DNA from: Minisyncoccota bacterium
Lineage (GTDB): Bacteria > Patescibacteriota > Minisyncoccia > Phycocordibacterales > UBA918
Length of the DNA: 64,000 nt
Assembly: GCA_041688155.1 (NCBI GenBank)
Contig: JBDNIW010000003.1
Coordinates: 95,397 to 159,396, forward strand
Direction: 5' to 3'
The translations under genes and the position numbers were made by a program. Each line of letters begins with the position of its first letter. The first letter of the stretch is position 1. Below are positions 54,531 through 64,000 of this stretch, in pieces. Below the pieces are notes generated by a model. The model saw only the letters and a list, made by a program, of their open reading frames with translations. It did not search any database and had not been told where the DNA came from.

Positions 54531-55604
54531 ATGAAAAAAATGTCGCACTATATCAATCGTCTGCTTGCTACTGTGTCTACTGATGTGGCGATTGATCTAG
54601 GGACGGCTAACACGTTGGTGTACGTCAAAGGGAAGGGGATAGTGCTCAACGAACCAACTATTGTAGCCATCAACAAGAAAACTGGGCAGCTCGTGGCGGT
54701 TGGTAATGAGGCCAAAATGATGCAGGGCCGCACGCCACAACACATCGAGGTGATCAGGCCGCTTGTTGATGGAGTAATTTCTGACTTTGAAGTGGCCGAA
54801 GAGATGTTGTCGTACCTCATAAACAAAATCCGCAGCGACATGCGGTCGTTGATTGCACCGCGGATGCTGATTGGGGTGCCGTCTGGAATCACCAACGTAG
54901 AAATGCGGGCTGCCCAAGACGCCGCCAAAAATGCTGGAGCCAGAGAAGTGTTTCTGATTGAAGAGCCAGTTGCAGCCGCCATTGGCGCTAAACTGCCCAT
55001 CCATAAAGCCATCGGCAGCATGATTATTGACATTGGCGGCGGTACCACTGACATCGCGGTGTTGTCACTCAATGGCCTAGTGGTGTCACGGAACCTGCGT
55101 GTGGCGGGTGACCACCTCAACACTGCGATTATGGTATATATGAGGGACCAGTTCAAAATTCAAGTGGGGGAGAAAACTGCTGAGGATGCCAAAGTTGCTC
55201 TGGCGTCAATTGCGCACTCAGACGGTGGTAAAGAAATGGTAGCTCGCGGACGAGATGTGGTGACGGGATTGCCGCGCGAGGTGGTCATTACTGACGCTGA
55301 CGTGCGTGACGCGGTGGCGTCCAAACTAGAAACTATCGTTGACGCCGTGCGCGGTGTGCTCGAAGAAACGCCACCGGAAGTGATGGCTGATATCATGCAG
55401 CGAGGTATCCACTTGGCCGGTGGTGGAGCCTTGATACCAGGGCTTGCGTCATTGCTTGAGCACGCACTCGAGGTACCAGTTATTGTCGTGCCAGACCCTC
55501 TGCGCGCCGTAATTCGCGGGGCTGGGATAGTGGTTGAGGATCTGGAGTTATATAAAGATTTGTTAATTGATCATGCTGATACGTTCGCGCCGCATCTCGG
55601 ATAA
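54531..55604 (+). CDS. mreB: MreB paralog 2 (in the mreBC-mrdA operon)
   Basis: AIDLGTANT, RPLVDGVISDF, DIGGGTT and LAGGGA. Confidence 0.95.
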   Translation: MKKMSHYINRLLATVSTDVAIDLGTANTLVYVKGKGIVLNEPTIVAINKKTGQLVAVGNEAKMMQGRTPQHIEVIRPLVDGVISDFEVAEEMLSYLINKIRSDMRSLIAPRMLIGVPSGITNVEMRAAQDAAKNAGAREVFLIEEPVAAAIGAKLPIHKAIGSMIIDIGGGTTDIAVLSLNGLVVSRNLRVAGDHLNTAIMVYMRDQFKIQVGEKTAEDAKVALASIAHSDGGKEMVARGRDVVTGLPREVVITDADVRDAVASKLETIVDAVRGVLEETPPEVMADIMQRGIHLAGGGALIPGLASLLEHALEVPVIVVPDPLRAVIRGAGIVVEDLELYKDLLIDHADTFAPHLG

Positions 55605-56520
55605 TAAAAAAATCAAACTTATCCTGGCGGTCGTGGTCGGGCTGTTGGTGTTGGTGCTTATCGTCCCGTTGGCCGTGCGATTGGTTGCTGGGGTGGTGCT
55701 GTATCCGGTGATTCAGGTAGAAAACTGGTTTGCAAAATCGAACCAGGTGTTACCAGCGCTCTGGCGAGACAAAATAGCTATGCAGACCGAGTTGTCGTCG
55801 CTTGAGCAACTGCTTGCCTTAGCTGGCAAGCAGGACCTTACTCAACAGCGATTGCTAGAAGAAAATAACCGCTTGCGGGCGCTACTAGGTGCACCCCAAA
55901 CGAAGCGGACATTGGCGGTAGTTATCGGCAAGCCAGGTGAGTTGCCTTATGACCTGATCCAAATTGACCAGGGTACGACAGCCGGCATAGAAGTCGGTGC
56001 GCCGGTGTATATTGGAACTGACGCCGTGATTGGTATCGTTTCGGCTGTGCAGCGCAACAGTTCATTTGTGACCCTGTTTACCACGCCTGACTTCTTGGCG
56101 ACGGTCTATCTCTCTGGAGCCAATGTGACGGCGACGCTGGAGGGTATTGGTGGCGGCGTGGCGCGAGTCAAGGTGCCCCAGGGGGTGCTGCTGCAGGTGA
56201 ACGACCTGGTGCATATTCCAAGTGTGCAGCCTGGCGTGTACGGTCGAATCGCCTGGGTTGAGAGCGAGCCGACCCAGCCAGAACAGTTCGGCTACATTAC
56301 TCCTGAGATTCCCATCAGTAGTCTGTTCCAGGTATCTGTCGCAACATCAGACAACGTATTCACTGATCGAGATCAAGTTGAAAACAATATCCTCGAAATC
56401 CAAAGGCAACTGCTTGTCATCGAGAATCTCAGTCTCGCAACAACGACCGCAACTACGACTCTGAGGGAGGCTGCAACCACCACTGATAGCACCAACGACA
56501 TAACTATCGATTCACCGTGA
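55567..56520 (+). CDS. mreC: rod shape-determining protein MreC
   Basis: TM, L.EENNRLR.LL and IDQG...GIEVG.PV; operon position; start uncertain. Confidence 0.85.
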   Translation: MIMLIRSRRISDNKKIKLILAVVVGLLVLVLIVPLAVRLVAGVVLYPVIQVENWFAKSNQVLPALWRDKIAMQTELSSLEQLLALAGKQDLTQQRLLEENNRLRALLGAPQTKRTLAVVIGKPGELPYDLIQIDQGTTAGIEVGAPVYIGTDAVIGIVSAVQRNSSFVTLFTTPDFLATVYLSGANVTATLEGIGGGVARVKVPQGVLLQVNDLVHIPSVQPGVYGRIAWVESEPTQPEQFGYITPEIPISSLFQVSVATSDNVFTDRDQVENNILEIQRQLLVIENLSLATTTATTTLREAATTTDSTNDITIDSP

Positions 56521-56768
56521 TCCCCCTACTACTGTTGGTACTATTCGTCATTGCTATCCTCAACAGCTGGGCGTTCTTGATTGTCGGTGTTGCGACAGTG
56601 TTTGCCTATCGCTTCAATGCCGTATGGTTGTTTGTGGTTGGGGTGCTATGCGATGCGTATTTTGGAGCATTTGCTGCGGTTCCAGTCTATAGCCTGACGC
56701 TCGGAGCGTTTGCCTTGTTGGTCGAGGTACTCAAGTTGCGCCTAGTTGGGGTACAATCAACGGTATGA
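56517..56768 (+). CDS. small membrane protein in the mreD position
   Basis: 83 aa, hydrophobic, G.L.D motif, coupled to both neighbours. Confidence 0.65.
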   Translation: MIPLLLLVLFVIAILNSWAFLIVGVATVFAYRFNAVWLFVVGVLCDAYFGAFAAVPVYSLTLGAFALLVEVLKLRLVGVQSTV

Positions 56769-58510
56769 GTAAGCTACAAAAGCGCTATAGTAGCGACGTA
56801 TCGGTCGAAGAGGTTCTCCTTGATGCGTCAAACATCTCAGCGTTTAACCGAGAGCGGATGGAGGGTAAGCGCGAGTTGCGGATTAATAACCGCAGTTTGC
56901 TACTCGTATGGTGGATGTTCTTAGTGATTGCGGTGGTGTTTTTGTACCAGGTCATCCAGCTGCAGGTAGTTGCAGGTGCGACCTATCGGGCTATAGCTGA
57001 AAACAACCAAATCGACCAGTCGGTCATCATCGCCGAGCGTGGGGTGGTGACTGATCGCCGAGGCGAGCCGATGGTCTGGAACGAGGTCGACGATACCGGT
57101 GAGTATGATTTCCCCATCCGGGCGTATACTGACCGAGCGGGTCTGGGGCAGGTGTTGGGGTACGTTAGTTACCCCAAGCGTGACAGTTCGGGGGTATTTT
57201 TCCGGACTGAATATTTGGGTCGCAGCGGGGTCGAGTCGGCCTTTGATGTCAGCCTCAAAGGTGCCAACGGTAGTGCTATCATCGAAGTCGACGCCTTTGC
57301 CACCATCGTCAGTGAATTCGCTGTCAAAGAACCAATCTCTGGTGGTCAGCTGCAGCTCTCCATCGACGCCGAGTTGTCGGAGATCATGTACAACATAATC
57401 GCGACCTCAACCGAGCAGGCTGGGTTCCGCAGTGGCGCTGGAGCAATTATGAACATCCACACTGGAGAACTGATCGCCCTAACCAGTTTTCCGTCCTATG
57501 ACCCAGAGGTCATGGCTGATGGCGATGATGTGGCTCTGATTGAGCAGTATAATAACGACGATCGCTTGCCGTTTTTAAATAAAGTCATTGGCGGTGCGTA
57601 CACTCCTGGGTCTATCGTCAAACCGTTTGTCGCTTACGCTGCACTCGAGGAGGGTATCGTTACCGAAAACACCCGGATGTTTAGCAATGGAACGCTGCGC
57701 ATCCCTAACATCTATAACCCCAGCAATCCATCATTTTTCAATGACTGGCGCGCCCATGGCGAAATGACGGTACAGGAAGCCATCGCGTATTCATCGAACG
57801 TGTATTTCTACATCATCGGTGGTGGTTTGCCCGCCAACGCTGCGCCCCAGGCTGGTCTTGACAGCGCACTGCCTGGACTAGGTATCACCAAAATGGCCGA
57901 GTACTATCGGTTGTTTGGGATGGGGCAAGCCACCGGAATCAATATCGCACAAGAACAAATCGGTGTCGTACCAGATCCGGCTTGGAAAACTGAAGTGTTT
58001 GATGACGATTGGCGGCTTGGTGATACCTACTTTACCTCCATCGGACAGTTTGGGTTTTTAACCACGCCAATCCAGATGCTGCGCTCATTTGCAGCCCTGG
58101 CTAACGGTGGCTACCTCGTGACGCCACACGTGATGTCCGGACAGCAGAGCGAAAAAATAGACCTCGACCTCAACCCCAACTCGCTGCGGATTATCCACGA
58201 AGGGATGCGCAAAACGGTCAACTTTCCTGGCGGCACCGCGCGCTCGTTTGAGCGTAACGACGTCGCCATCGCCGCCAAATCAGGTACCGCCGAAATTGGC
58301 ACCGGTAACGCCTACGTCAACAGTTGGGCCGCCGGTTTCTGGCCATACGAAGACCCTGAGTATGCATTTATTCTCATGATGGACCGTGCTCCGCGCAGTA
58401 ATGCGCTGGGCGCCACCCGAATCATGGGCGACGTCGTGGAGTGGATGTCAGTCAACCGACCAGAGTATCTGGGGATTGAGGTTGCACAAGACGTAGTGGG
58501 TGAGCAATAG
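56765..58510 (+). CDS. mrdA: penicillin-binding protein 2
   Basis: ERG..TDR, PGSIVK (SxxK), SSN (SxN) and KSGTAE. Confidence 0.92.
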   Translation: MSKLQKRYSSDVSVEEVLLDASNISAFNRERMEGKRELRINNRSLLLVWWMFLVIAVVFLYQVIQLQVVAGATYRAIAENNQIDQSVIIAERGVVTDRRGEPMVWNEVDDTGEYDFPIRAYTDRAGLGQVLGYVSYPKRDSSGVFFRTEYLGRSGVESAFDVSLKGANGSAIIEVDAFATIVSEFAVKEPISGGQLQLSIDAELSEIMYNIIATSTEQAGFRSGAGAIMNIHTGELIALTSFPSYDPEVMADGDDVALIEQYNNDDRLPFLNKVIGGAYTPGSIVKPFVAYAALEEGIVTENTRMFSNGTLRIPNIYNPSNPSFFNDWRAHGEMTVQEAIAYSSNVYFYIIGGGLPANAAPQAGLDSALPGLGITKMAEYYRLFGMGQATGINIAQEQIGVVPDPAWKTEVFDDDWRLGDTYFTSIGQFGFLTTPIQMLRSFAALANGGYLVTPHVMSGQQSEKIDLDLNPNSLRIIHEGMRKTVNFPGGTARSFERNDVAIAAKSGTAEIGTGNAYVNSWAAGFWPYEDPEYAFILMMDRAPRSNALGATRIMGDVVEWMSVNRPEYLGIEVAQDVVGEQ

Positions 58511-58662
58511 CGTGAACCCAGAAAGCTCACAGACTAGTGCAACGCCTAACTCCATTGCGTCAGTCAGTGAACTATTAACAACCATTGCATTTTTTTATCC
58601 ACAAGTTGCATGTTGCATGTTGGCGCGTATAATAGTGACAATTCATTAACCCATCGTAGATT

Positions 58663-59133
58663 ATGACTGAAGTACAATCGTTCTTGACCCCAGAAAAATT
58701 TACCGAACTCAAAAAAGAACTGGAGCACCTCAAAACGTTGCGGCGAAAAGAAATCGCTGAAGCGCTCGAATACGCTCGCAGCCTTGGCGATCTGTCCGAA
58801 AACGCTGAGTACCAAGAAGCCCGTGATATGCAGTCAGCTATCGAGGAGCGCATCACCTACCTAGAGAAAACCATCAAAGAAGCTAAAATCGTCGATGAGA
58901 AAAAGAAGGGTGACGTGGTTGGTCTTGGTTCACAAGTTTCTATCCAAAAAGACAAAGAAAAAGATAAAAAGGAATACACCATCGTTGGGTCAGACGAAGC
59001 CAACATCCACGATCGAAAACTGTCATACCTGTCACCCCTGGGGGAAGCGCTGATGGGCAAGAGTAAGGGCGATGAGTTCGAATTTGAAACGCCAGTCGGA
59101 CTACAAAAGTACAAAGTCCTCAAAGTAGCGTAG
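58663..59133 (+). CDS. greA: transcription elongation factor GreA
   Basis: GDLSENAEY, YTIVG..EA and SPLG.AL.GK. Confidence 0.97.
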   Translation: MTEVQSFLTPEKFTELKKELEHLKTLRRKEIAEALEYARSLGDLSENAEYQEARDMQSAIEERITYLEKTIKEAKIVDEKKKGDVVGLGSQVSIQKDKEKDKKEYTIVGSDEANIHDRKLSYLSPLGEALMGKSKGDEFEFETPVGLQKYKVLKVA

Positions 59134-59148
59134 GTAACATCACAAATC

Positions 59149-59187
59149 AGAAAAGCCTTGTCCAGTTAGTGACGGGGCTTTTCTTTT
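59149..59187 (+). terminator. intrinsic terminator after greA
   Basis: agaaaagccttgtc..gacggggcttttct plus U-tract. Confidence 0.7.
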
Positions 59188-59214
59188 AGTCGTTCTCACG
59201 CTAGGATAGTACAC

Positions 59215-60702
59215 ATGTCACAACAAGCAGATCTTCGCGCCGAGCGCGAACAAAAAATCACTGAACTGCGCGCTACTGGTAGCAATCCTTATCCGGCCAC
59301 TACCAACCAAACGCACACCATCAAAAAATTTGTGACCTACTTTGGCGATTTGCAAACCAAGGCGGTTTTGGTGACTCTGGTGGGTCGCGTGGTCGCCAAA
59401 CGTGAACATGGAGCATTGGCATTTTTAGATATTTCTGACGGCACTGGCAAAGTTCAGTCATTCTGTTCACGTGACGAAATGGGCGAAGCGTTATTTGATT
59501 CGTTGCTACATTTCGTGAGTACTGGCGACTTTGTAGAGTTGACTGGAACAGCGTTTATCACTAAACGTGAAATGGAAGCTCTCAAAGTAACAGGCTGGAG
59601 AGTTATTGGTAAAGCCACTCAAAACATCCCCACCGAGCACTTTGGGATCAAAGACGAAGATGAACGATTGCGCAAGCGCTACCTTGATATTCTCACCAAC
59701 CAAGAAGCTCGCGAGCTGTTTGACCTCAAGGCCAATTTCTGGAAAGCATCACGGCGGTTCCTCGAAGACAAAGGCTTTGCCGAAGTACACACCCCAACCC
59801 TCGAGACCACGACCGGTGGCGCCGAAGCTAACCCGTTTGTCACTCACCACGACGACTTCGACCTCGATGTATTTCTGCGGATCTCGGTTGGGGAATTGTG
59901 GCAAAAGCGCCTCATGGCTGCCGGCCTACCACGTACATTTGAAGTCGGTCGCGTGTATCGCAATGAAGGCTCCAGCCCTGACCATCTGCAAGAATTCACC
60001 AACATCGAATTCTACGCCTCGTACTTGAACTTTGACGACGGCTTGGCACTGCTTGAAGAACACATCATATACGTACTTGACGAAGCCTTTGCTGGCAAGC
60101 GACTATTTACCATCAAAGGCTTCGAGGTCGATTTCTCCAATCAGTTCGAGCGGATCGACTACGTCGACACTATCCTGGCAGCCACCGGGGTCAACGTTGT
60201 GACAGCCACCGATGAAGCAATCGAAGCTAAAGTCACCGAGCTTGGGATCGAGCACGAAGGCGACAACCGTGAGCGTCTGACGGACACTCTTTGGAAGTAT
60301 TGCCGCAAGCAGATCAGCGGCCCGGTCTGGCTTACCGGCCACCCTAAATTAGTCTCACCCCTGGCTAAGGAATCAGAGCAGGCCGACGGCACAGTACTGC
60401 GCGCGCAGCTCATCATGGCCGGAGCCGAGTTCAACAACTGTTTTGCCGAACTGAACGACCCCCAAGAACAGCGAGAGCGGTTTGAGGTCCAAGCCAAACT
60501 ACTCGCTGCTGGCGACAACGAAGCCATGATGCCCGACTGGGAATTCGTCGAAATGCTCGAATTTGGGATGCCACCGACATTTGGTGCCGCTACACTCGGA
60601 GAACGTTTCTTTGCTTATCTAGTAGACAAACCTATCCGAGAGACGCAATATTTTCCCCTTATGCGCCCAAAGACCAATGCTTCTGCTGAAGCTAATCATT
60701 AA
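59215..60702 (+). CDS. lysS: lysyl-tRNA synthetase (class II)
   Basis: OB fold, R.RYLD, GGAEANPF.TH, GRVYRNEG, H..EFT, ELNDP.EQ and GMPPT. Confidence 0.96.
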   Translation: MSQQADLRAEREQKITELRATGSNPYPATTNQTHTIKKFVTYFGDLQTKAVLVTLVGRVVAKREHGALAFLDISDGTGKVQSFCSRDEMGEALFDSLLHFVSTGDFVELTGTAFITKREMEALKVTGWRVIGKATQNIPTEHFGIKDEDERLRKRYLDILTNQEARELFDLKANFWKASRRFLEDKGFAEVHTPTLETTTGGAEANPFVTHHDDFDLDVFLRISVGELWQKRLMAAGLPRTFEVGRVYRNEGSSPDHLQEFTNIEFYASYLNFDDGLALLEEHIIYVLDEAFAGKRLFTIKGFEVDFSNQFERIDYVDTILAATGVNVVTATDEAIEAKVTELGIEHEGDNRERLTDTLWKYCRKQISGPVWLTGHPKLVSPLAKESEQADGTVLRAQLIMAGAEFNNCFAELNDPQEQRERFEVQAKLLAAGDNEAMMPDWEFVEMLEFGMPPTFGAATLGERFFAYLVDKPIRETQYFPLMRPKTNASAEANH

Positions 60703-60859
60703 GAAGATGATAGCGGAATTCAAGATATCACCTTGAAGCTTGAGAGTCATGGAGATGAAAATATAAAACTAGAGCTAGTATTCAGCACAGATGGTGTTCG
60801 CGAAATAATCAAGGCACTTCAAGCTGCTCTTGATACAGAGAAAGCAAAATAAGTGTTTG

Positions 60860-60888
60860 AAAGCCCTGCTAACCAGTGGGGCTTTTTT
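60860..60888 (+). terminator. intrinsic terminator
   Basis: aaagccctgct-aacc-agtggggcttt plus U-tract. Confidence 0.7.
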
Positions 60889-60982
60889 AATTAGTGAGAA
60901 ATAGGGTGAAGATCTTTTTAGGAGCGTCGTCGAATCGTAAATTCCCTGAAGGCATCTCCCAAACGCCCGTCCCCGCTCGGTT

Positions 60983-61058
60983 GTGGCAGAGGGTGGGGAC
61001 AAGGTGGTTGTGGGTGGGTTGAGGTGGTATATAATGTACGAGTGGTGGGAGATAGTGG
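60983..61058 (+). promoter_or_regulatory. phased GTGG repeats (putative MraZ boxes) over the dcw promoter
   Basis: GTGG at 60983, 60993, 61004, 61014, 61024, 61045 and 61055; TATAAT at 61030-61035. Confidence 0.75.
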
Positions 61059-61088
61059 TATACTAGATTTATTAGAAATTTAGAATGC

Positions 61089-61154
61089 TGAGTGAGTTTC
61101 CGCAGTCCATACCACTGTTCTCCACTAATGGTATGGACTGCGGAGGCTCACTCA
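61089..61154. repeat. hairpin with 26-bp arms in the mraZ leader
   Basis: tgagtgagtttccgcagtccatacca / tggtatggactgcggaggctcactca (2 G-U pairs). Confidence 0.88.
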
Positions 61155-61163
61155 AATCAAGAT

Positions 61164-61598
61164 ATGTTAATCGGTGAATACAAACATACGTTGGACCCAA
61201 AGCGACGGCTGTCGCTTCCGTCAAAATGGCGGAAAGAGCTTGGGAAAAATCTTGTAATTACTCGTGGTCTTGATAATTGTCTCTTTGTATATCCTCTGAA
61301 GGAGTGGAAGCACATAACCGATAAGGTTGGACAGCTTCCACTTGGTCAGGCGGATACACGGAGTTTTAACCGCTTTTTTCTGTCAGGGGCAGTAGAAGTG
61401 GAGGTTGATTCAGTTGGACGTATTCTCGTGCCAGACTTCTTGAAAGATTTTGGGACGCTAGACACTAAAGTGGTGTTGGCGGGTATCCACAGTCGTATCG
61501 AGATTTGGGATGAGACACGCTGGGAGTCGTATAAGAAGGGAATCGAGTCACAGGCAGATGCCTTGGCAGAGAAACTCGGGAGTATAGGCGTCCTCTAA
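61164..61598 (+). CDS. mraZ: division/cell wall cluster regulator MraZ
   Basis: GEY.HTLD.K.RL.LP, TRGLDNCL and D..GRIL.P; start ATG 61164. Confidence 0.96.
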   Translation: MLIGEYKHTLDPKRRLSLPSKWRKELGKNLVITRGLDNCLFVYPLKEWKHITDKVGQLPLGQADTRSFNRFFLSGAVEVEVDSVGRILVPDFLKDFGTLDTKVVLAGIHSRIEIWDETRWESYKKGIESQADALAEKLGSIGVL

Positions 61599-61621
61599 AT
61601 CAGTCGTAACTTTACAGATGT

Positions 61622-62515
61622 ATGAACCACGAAACAGTCTTGCTTAGCGAGGCAGTCGAAGCACTAGCAATCAGGCCGGACAGTACCATCGTCGATACGA
61701 CGTTTGGCGCAGGTGGCCACGCGACCCAGATAGTGTCGCAGTTAGATGCAACTGGTCAATACATTGGGATTGATACCGACCAAACAGCGCTACGTCATAA
61801 TTTGAATGAACTGGAAAACGTCACTCTGGTTCACGGTAATTTCCGTGACCTACACACATTGATGGGTTCTTTAGAAATTGAAAAAGTAGACGGTATCCTC
61901 GCTGATCTCGGGTGGCGGATGGAGCAGTTCTCTGGTAATGGGCGAGGGTTCTCGTTTCGTCACGACGAACCGCTCCTGATGACCCTCGGAGAGCCGAGTG
62001 ACTATCCGTTTACTGCTCGCGATATCGTCAACGAGTGGGACGAACATGTCCTAGCTGACATCATCTATGGCTACGGGGAAGAACGGTTCGCCCGACGCAT
62101 TGCCAAGCGAATCGTTGAGACCCGGGATGAGTCACCCATCGAGACGAGTAAGCAGCTATCAGACCTGATTGTCGGGGCGTATCCAGCGGTGGCTCGACAC
62201 GGACGCACACACGTTGCAACCAAAACCTTCCAAGCGTTGCGAATAGCTGTCAACGAAGAGTTGACTGCCGTTGAACAGCTGGTCGAACAGGGGATTGAAT
62301 TATTGGCACCAAACGGTCGACTAGTAATCATAACTTTTCACAGTATCGAAGATCGCGTAGTCAAACACGCTTTCAAAGCAGCCCAAGCGGCAGAACGCGG
62401 GAACGTTCTGACCAAAAAACCAATCACCCCCAGCAGCGAGGAGCTGGAACACAATCCAAGGGCGCGGAGTGCAAAACTCCGAATATTTGAAAAATCTAAT
62501 ATCTCCACAAAATGA
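61622..62515 (+). CDS. rsmH: 16S rRNA m4C1402 methyltransferase
   Basis: H.TVLL.E, D.T.GAGGH, FQALRI.VN.EL, ITFHSIEDR and NPRARSAKLR. Confidence 0.97.
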   Translation: MNHETVLLSEAVEALAIRPDSTIVDTTFGAGGHATQIVSQLDATGQYIGIDTDQTALRHNLNELENVTLVHGNFRDLHTLMGSLEIEKVDGILADLGWRMEQFSGNGRGFSFRHDEPLLMTLGEPSDYPFTARDIVNEWDEHVLADIIYGYGEERFARRIAKRIVETRDESPIETSKQLSDLIVGAYPAVARHGRTHVATKTFQALRIAVNEELTAVEQLVEQGIELLAPNGRLVIITFHSIEDRVVKHAFKAAQAAERGNVLTKKPITPSSEELEHNPRARSAKLRIFEKSNISTK

Positions 62516-62817
62516 GTACCAGTCGCGAAATAATTTCATACTCACCATACACCCTTGGATTACTTGGTGTAATCGGGGCGACCTTAGTTGGTTACCTGTA
62601 TTTCCTTAATCTATCGGTGGTTCACGTGGTGATCCGTCAGGAAGCTGTACAGGACGTACAAAATACTAAAAACCAGATTGCTTTACTCGAAACCGAGTTT
62701 ATCTCGGCTCAACACACCATTGCTGCAAAAATGGCAACTGTGTCAGGATTTAACGAAGACCAAGCTAAGATTTTTGTGACCCGTAACGCCTCACCAAACC
62801 TCGTTCTGGGCCAATAG
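62512..62817 (+). CDS. FtsL-like cell division protein
   Basis: One TM plus coiled coil between rsmH and ftsI. Confidence 0.65.
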   Translation: MSTSREIISYSPYTLGLLGVIGATLVGYLYFLNLSVVHVVIRQEAVQDVQNTKNQIALLETEFISAQHTIAAKMATVSGFNEDQAKIFVTRNASPNLVLGQ

Positions 62818-62821
62818 ACCT

Positions 62822-64000
62822 ATGCGTCGAGAGCAACGAACATTTAGAATCAGAGCCGTGGCCGGAGTCATCTGTCTGGTCGCCCTTTCGCTGATTGTTC
62901 GGAGCTACGTAGTGCAGATTGCCCACGGCGAGCAGTACGCTGCTCAGGCAGCATCCCAATACATTCGCACCACCAGCGAGCTATATAATCGTGGCTCAAT
63001 TTTTTTTTCTACTCGTGACGGAGCTGATTTATCGGCGGCTGCTATAAAATCAGGTTATGTGCTTGCTCTTGATCCATCAAGAATTACTGAAGCAACCCTC
63101 GTGTGTGACGAGATTGTCAAAGTAATTGCAGTTGATCCTGAACTCTGCCTATTTCGGGCGACTTTACCCAACCGAACGTACGTCGAGTTTTCCAACGACA
63201 TTGATGAGGTTGCTGCGACAATGCTAGCAGAAAAACGACTCCTGGGAGTCTCTCTGCACCCTAACCAGTGGCGGTTTTATCCGGGTGGGTTGGTCGCTGC
63301 GCGTTCAATCGGGTTTGTCGGTTTTGCCGGTGATGGGACAGATTTGCGTGGTAAATATGGGTTAGAGCGTCAGTATGATGATGTGTTGTACCGAGAAGAT
63401 CAAGTGCGTTCGGTCAATTTTTTTGCTGAGTTGTTTAGTGACCTTGGTGGGTACGCAATTAACACCAAACAGCATAAGTCGGGCGACATTGTTACCACCC
63501 TCGAACCATCAGTCTCACGCATGCTTGACACTGTGTTGCAGGAAGCCAATGACTTATATGACAGTAAGCTAACCGGGGCTATTATTATGGACCCTAAAAC
63601 CGGTGAGATTATCGCTATGAACGCTGTACCAGGGTTTGACCTCAATGACCGCGGTGGAGCTACTATTGAGCAGTTTCGTAATCCATTGGTTGAGAACGTC
63701 TACGAGTTTGGTTCGACAATTAAAGCCCTGACGATGGCAGCTGGACTAGATAGTGGCGCAATTGTCCCTAGTACCACGTACTATGATAGTGGTGAGCTGT
63801 TGCTCAATACTTTTATCATTCGCAATTTCGACGGACGAGCACGAGGTACTGTTCCAATGCAAGAGATTCTTAACCAGTCACTCAATACCGGCGTGGCTTG
63901 GGTTGTGACTCAGATGGGCAAAGACAGCTTCCGTGAGTATTTTTTGAACTTTAAACTTGGCAGCGAAACCGGGATTGATTTGCCAAACGAATCTCACGGT
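62822..64000 (+). CDS. ftsI: penicillin-binding protein FtsI/PBP3 family (runs off window end)
   Basis: Manual translation from ATG 62822: TM, RGSIF, R.YP, GKYGLE, IIMDPKTGEIIAM, YEFGSTIK (SxxK) and SLNTG. Confidence 0.9.
   Translation, partial: MRREQRTFRIRAVAGVICLVALSLIVRSYVVQIAHGEQYAAQAASQYIRTTSELYNRGSIFFSTRDGADLSAAAIKSGYVLALDPSRITEATLVCDEIVKVIAVDPELCLFRATLPNRTYVEFSNDIDEVAATMLAEKRLLGVSLHPNQWRFYPGGLVAARSIGFVGFAGDGTDLRGKYGLERQYDDVLYREDQVRSVNFFAELFSDLGGYAINTKQHKSGDIVTTLEPSVSRMLDTVLQEANDLYDSKLTGAIIMDPKTGEIIAMNAVPGFDLNDRGGATIEQFRNPLVENVYEFGSTIKALTMAAGLDSGAIVPSTTYYDSGELLLNTFIIRNFDGRARGTVPMQEILNQSLNTGVAWVVTQMGKDSFREYFLNFKLGSETGIDLPNESHG

Noticed and set aside
58595-58603. Perfect DnaA box TTATCCACA upstream of greA
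   Set aside because: A single copy is expected by chance in 64 kb.

Overview
This window looks like a reduced-genome Patescibacteria (CPR, probably Parcubacteria) chromosome segment read in genetic code 11; the taxonomy is inferred from gene content. Housekeeping genes include hisS (partial), prmC, rpmG (missing from the ORF track), truB, ung, mutM, tRNA-Asn, hpf, fmt, def, priA, an HTH-murA fusion, two mreB copies, frr, rseP, proS, mreC, mrdA, greA, lysS and mraZ-rsmH-ftsL-ftsI (partial). Metabolic modules are a class I aldolase, a GT4-GH57-GH15 alpha-glucan cluster, a complete nine-gene A/V-type ATPase with an NtpK-like Na+ site, and a nearby ApbE/FMN-binding/RnfD-FNR redox module. There are six type II toxin-antitoxin modules, one with a nonsense-disrupted hicA. 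The most unusual signal is non-coding. (1) Palindromic and fold-back mini-elements are dense; some recur in families and some sit in frame inside genes. (2) Several fold-backs have an arm complementary to the end of the adjacent gene or tRNA. (3) Gene ends are directly duplicated around small inserts (prmC 5' and mreB 3' with synonymous-only mismatches, plus both ends of tRNA-Asn). Also notable are a widespread leaderless-type promoter layout, a 27-aa membrane peptide ORF and a roughly 330-nt rod-like RNA candidate. All calls come from reading the sequence and recognising motifs; no searches were run.
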